Shown: one piece after another, positions 36,237 through 39,364 of the stretch | How positions within the stretch are numbered: position 1 is the stretch's first letter | Layout: the number at the start of each line of letters is the position of its first letter | From: Blastocystis sp. subtype 4 | Lineage: Eukaryota | Direction: 5' to 3' | NCBI RefSeq assembly: GCF_000743755.1 | Contig: NW_014569478.1 | Coordinates: forward strand, 1 to 39,364 | Length of the DNA stretch: 39,364 nucleotides | Made by a program: the position numbers and the translations under genes | Notes under the pieces: model-generated | Seen by the model: only the letters and a program-made list of their open reading frames with translations | What the model was told of the DNA's origin: nothing | The model's database searches: none

Positions 36237-36393
36237 TTGTCTTTGCATTGTTTGTATAATGAACCTTTGTCGAAGTCCAATGAAACTCCCGCTCCTTATT
36301 CAGATCTTTTTGTACATTGAATCTAGGTTGGTTCAAGTGATGTAGTTTAGTCCACTAGAACCTGATCTAACCTTTTCAGTAGGTTTCTTTTCC

Positions 36394-37163
36394 ATGGAGT
36401 CCGTTTCAAACCATGTGGTTCTAGCACGAATTGCAGAGCAAGCAGAGCGTTATGAAGACATGAAAGAGTATATAAAGTATGTCGCAACAACTGTTCCCGA
36501 AGGACAGAGTGACATTCGCTTGTCACCTGAAGAACGAAATCTATTGTCGGTAGCTTATAAAAATGTGGTAAGCTCACGACGTAATGCATGGAGAAGTATT
36601 TTTGCCATTGAGCAGAAGGAACGAGCCAATCCTGCTCATGCAGAGACGCTTTCTGATATCTTGGAGTTCAAGAAGAAGATTGAAGACGAAATGAAGAATA
36701 TTTGTGGCGAAGTAATCTCTATTATTCAGGATCACCTTCTTCATGACAATGACACGGTAGACAACCGTGTATATTTCATGAAGATGATTGGTGACTACTA
36801 TCGTTACGAATGTGAGTTCCTTGTTGGTGACGAACGTGATGCTGTGATTGCCAAGTCAGATGAGAGGTATTGAAGTCTGTTGATTTGTGATGGTATAGTT
36901 ACACGAATGCTTTGAAAGAGGCAACTGAGAAGAATCTCTCACCGGTGAATCCTACTTTGCTGGGTTTGTATCTGAACTATTCGGTATTCTATTATGAAAT
37001 TAAGGAGAATACGAAGTATGCCTGTGAGCTAGCTACTGCTGCTTTTGATAATGCTGTTAAGGTTCTGGATACCCTTCCAGAGAATGACTATAAGGATACA
37101 ACTCTTATTTTACAGCTTCTCCGTGACAATCTGACGCTGTGGTCTTCTGAAGTTGAGAAGTGA
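36394..37163 (+). CDS. 14-3-3 protein
   Basis: [65 protein letters not shown]. One intron at about 36867-36898. Confidence 0.97.
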
Positions 37164-37191
37164 TTTAGTCATGTAGTCTGACGTGTTTGTT

Positions 37192-37935
37192 TCAAACATG
37201 GAAATCTTCAAATCCCGCAAACCGGTTTTCTGTCTTAATTTCTGTAGCTTCTGGCTCTTGATCCTCCTTCTTCATGGATACAGAGTAAACTGCATTACTA
37301 TTCCGTTTATATGCAAATCGCATACGAGGAGGGCTATTCCATACTGTTTTTAAAACCGTTCTATCTAACACTTCACCGAACATTTCTACTCAATCTGTGT
37401 GATTACTCTTCCAAATGTCGCTGTTTTATTCCAGACGCACAATACTGATTGATTCTTCTTTGGTTTAACTGTAACAGACACTCCGCAAATCTCCTTTCCT
37501 ACATTGAATTGTTCACCAATAGTAGTCAGCAACTAGTATAACATGTAAATATTTGAACTTACTAGAGTTTCCCACAAATATGGTAACAACTCCGTTCCAG
37601 TCAGAGTTAATGTGACTCTTCCACCATTTTTATTCTCAGGATCTTCCCACAATGGCATGATTCCATCCTAATCAGTGATCTAAGCGAATCGTGCTTACTT
37701 TAAAGAAGTAGTAACTATCACAGGAACCTGTTCCAATGACAGGAAGAAAACAATAAATCTCCCAGAATTGTTCGACTGTTCGACATAATCCCAGATCTTC
37801 TAGCGCATTTTCGTAATTATCTGTCTATGGTTAATCTAACGATAGTACACATACGTTTGCATCAATATTTGAAACCCTCCAGAAGCGGTAGTAATTCCGA
37901 AGAGGATGATTTTCTTTGGTAGCTTCGGGCTCCAT
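37192..37935 (-). CDS. Translation initiation factor eIF4E family member, multi-exon
   Basis: Spliced frame gives HPLRNYYRFW, TVEQFWEIY, YYFFK-DGIMPLWEDPENKNGG, TIGEQF..ICGVSV, LCVWNK. Confidence 0.9.
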
Positions 37936-38164
37936 CTGGGACAATAAAACGGTTAACTTGAATTTAACTAGTAAACTCAAGAAAAGACTGATTTCTCTTA
38001 CATTTAGTCACTCAATTTGTGTTTATTATGGTATGTGTATCTCTTTTATAGAGAGATCTATTAATAATAGGGAACATAAGGTTGTTAGGTGTGAATAATG
38101 AGAATCGAAGAAACAACTAAAGATACACTAAAACGATATCACACTACACTCAACCAGCTAACAG

Positions 38165-38404
38165 CTACTTCCCAGAACTCTTTTCATCATCCTTCTTGGG
38201 AGTATTATTCATATCAATCCAGTCATTGATAAGCTTGCTAACATAACGTTCACTGCCCGATTTAATAAAGATATTGTTGTTATCTAGCATCATAATGATG
38301 AATTGTTGACTGCCGATTAGTTGACTGTTCTTTTGCTTTAGAAACACCCCAGTCGTTGAGTCACACTGAATTAGCATTCCCTCGATACAAGGGAGTGTTG
38401 ACAT
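38165..38404 (-). CDS. GTF2H5: TFIIH p8 subunit (Tfb5/GTF2H5)
   Basis: About 79 aa with GMLIQCD..FL..FIIMMLDNNNIFIK..INDWIDMN, matching the Tfb5 pattern. Starts at ATG 38404. Confidence 0.8.
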   Translation of the reverse strand: MSTLPCIEGMLIQCDSTTGVFLKQKNSQLIGSQQFIIMMLDNNNIFIKSGSERYVSKLINDWIDMNNTPKKDDEKSSGK

Positions 38405-38454
38405 GAAAGAGAGTATGACCCTCCAACAAACAATCCGAAAGATATGATACAAAA

Positions 38455-38937
38455 TTAGTTCTTCGTTTTCCAAGATTCAATTTCTCTTGCAATCTCTTGT
38501 GAATAGCTGTCTTTGTGATATCGTCTTCGTGAATTAAAGGATGATGGTCGTCTTGTTTTTGAAGATGGTTGAACTCGACAATTCGTAATTGGTGATACAT
38601 GAATGCCTGCTTGAATAACTGCTTGCATTGTCATTTCCACGATCTTCGTTCCGTCTGCTCGTTTGTTTACAATCTTTACAAAGAGATGCCTAATCTTCTC
38701 TACCTATAAATGATTCTTAAACTAAGCAGATACCTTGCACATCGTCAGCAGATCTTGAATACATTGACTATATGCACTATCAACAGACAAAGACTCATCA
38801 GTCTTTTGCTTTTGTAGAATGCTTGTTCGCAGAAATGTGACTCTTCCAGGATTATCTGTACAATGAATTAGGATATCATTATCTTGAATGTTCATGTGGA
38901 GCTTTCCAGAAATAGAATCTTCATGGATCATCTCCAT
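38455..38937 (-). CDS. Divergent uS11/RPS14-like protein
   Basis: Two exons (intron 38704-38733) give GKLHMNIQDNDILIHCTDNPGRVTFLR..K.K.D..IQDLLTMCK.EKIRHLFVKI..TK..QAVIQAGIHVSPI..QPSSKTRR, colinear with cytosolic RPS14 motifs. Confidence 0.65.
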
Positions 38938-39034
38938 TTCGAGTCAGTTGATTGTGAAAGGAACCAAAGACTCGTTTCCACAAAATGAATGATCAGAACA
39001 AACACTGGTCCAATAAATCAACATAGAAAACAGC

Positions 39035-39364
39035 TTAGTCTTTCTTCTCCTTCTTCTCTTTCTTTTCTTTCTTGCCTTCCTTATCCTTATGTTTCTTCTC
39101 CTTCTTCTCCTTCTTCTCTTTCTTGGCTTCCTTCTCCTCTTTCTTGTTTTCTTTCTCTTCCTTCATCTCATCCTTCTTTGGTTCTTCAATCACAGGCTGT
39201 AGCTTGTACCAGTCCACAGGTGTCTTCTCATTAGGCTTACCATTCTATTCTTGATCATTCTTCTTCTCCTCCTACCTTATCCAATTGACCAGCAGCAATC
39301 AACTGTTTCTTCTTCTGAGCCACAGGTCCCAGTCCCCAACGTCGAGGATACGTATCTCGCTCCA
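39035..39364 (-). CDS. DKC1: 3' end of dyskerin/Cbf5 H/ACA pseudouridine synthase, 5' partial
   Basis: [29 protein letters not shown], then after an intron [10 protein letters not shown] and a KKE-repeat tail. TAA at 39035-39037. Confidence 0.92.

Noticed and set aside
38989..39254. Ser/Phe-rich + strand ORFs and a CTT microsatellite
   Set aside because: Antisense of the dyskerin KKE-repeat tail.
1..39364. Widespread pseudogenes, frameshifts or an alternative genetic code suggested by fragmented ORFs
   Set aside because: Where I traced them, the breaks are explained by about 30-nt GT-AG introns that restore the frame under the standard code.

Overview
Gene-dense eukaryotic nuclear DNA, almost certainly from the anaerobic gut stramenopile Blastocystis. 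The evidence is tiny (~30-nt) GT-AG introns, intergenic gaps often under 100 nt, and a TGTTTGTT element just after most genes. The window holds about 28 protein genes and 2 tRNA-Thr genes. Recognisable products are a GT49/LARGE-like glycosyltransferase, PA28, RNPS1, METTL13, a CH-domain protein, an F-box/beta-helix protein, a NEK-like kinase, a rhodanese, an HxxxD acyltransferase, RPL31, RPP30, galactokinase, RPL12, MUS81, Nup205, 14-3-3, eIF4E, TFB5 and dyskerin. Three highlights. (1) A full-length, 5-intron homolog of bacterial rifamycin phosphotransferase (RPH) at 8156-11023 keeps the ATP-grasp, REXXK and phospho-His motifs, and is probably a horizontally acquired small-molecule kinase. (2) Several genes appear to get their stop codon from polyadenylation (in-frame T, 4 nt, then TGTTTGTT); in two of them the motif also supplies a backup TAA. 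(3) There is a strongly diverged uS11/RPS14-like paralog. All gene models were read by eye without database searches, so exon boundaries are inferences.
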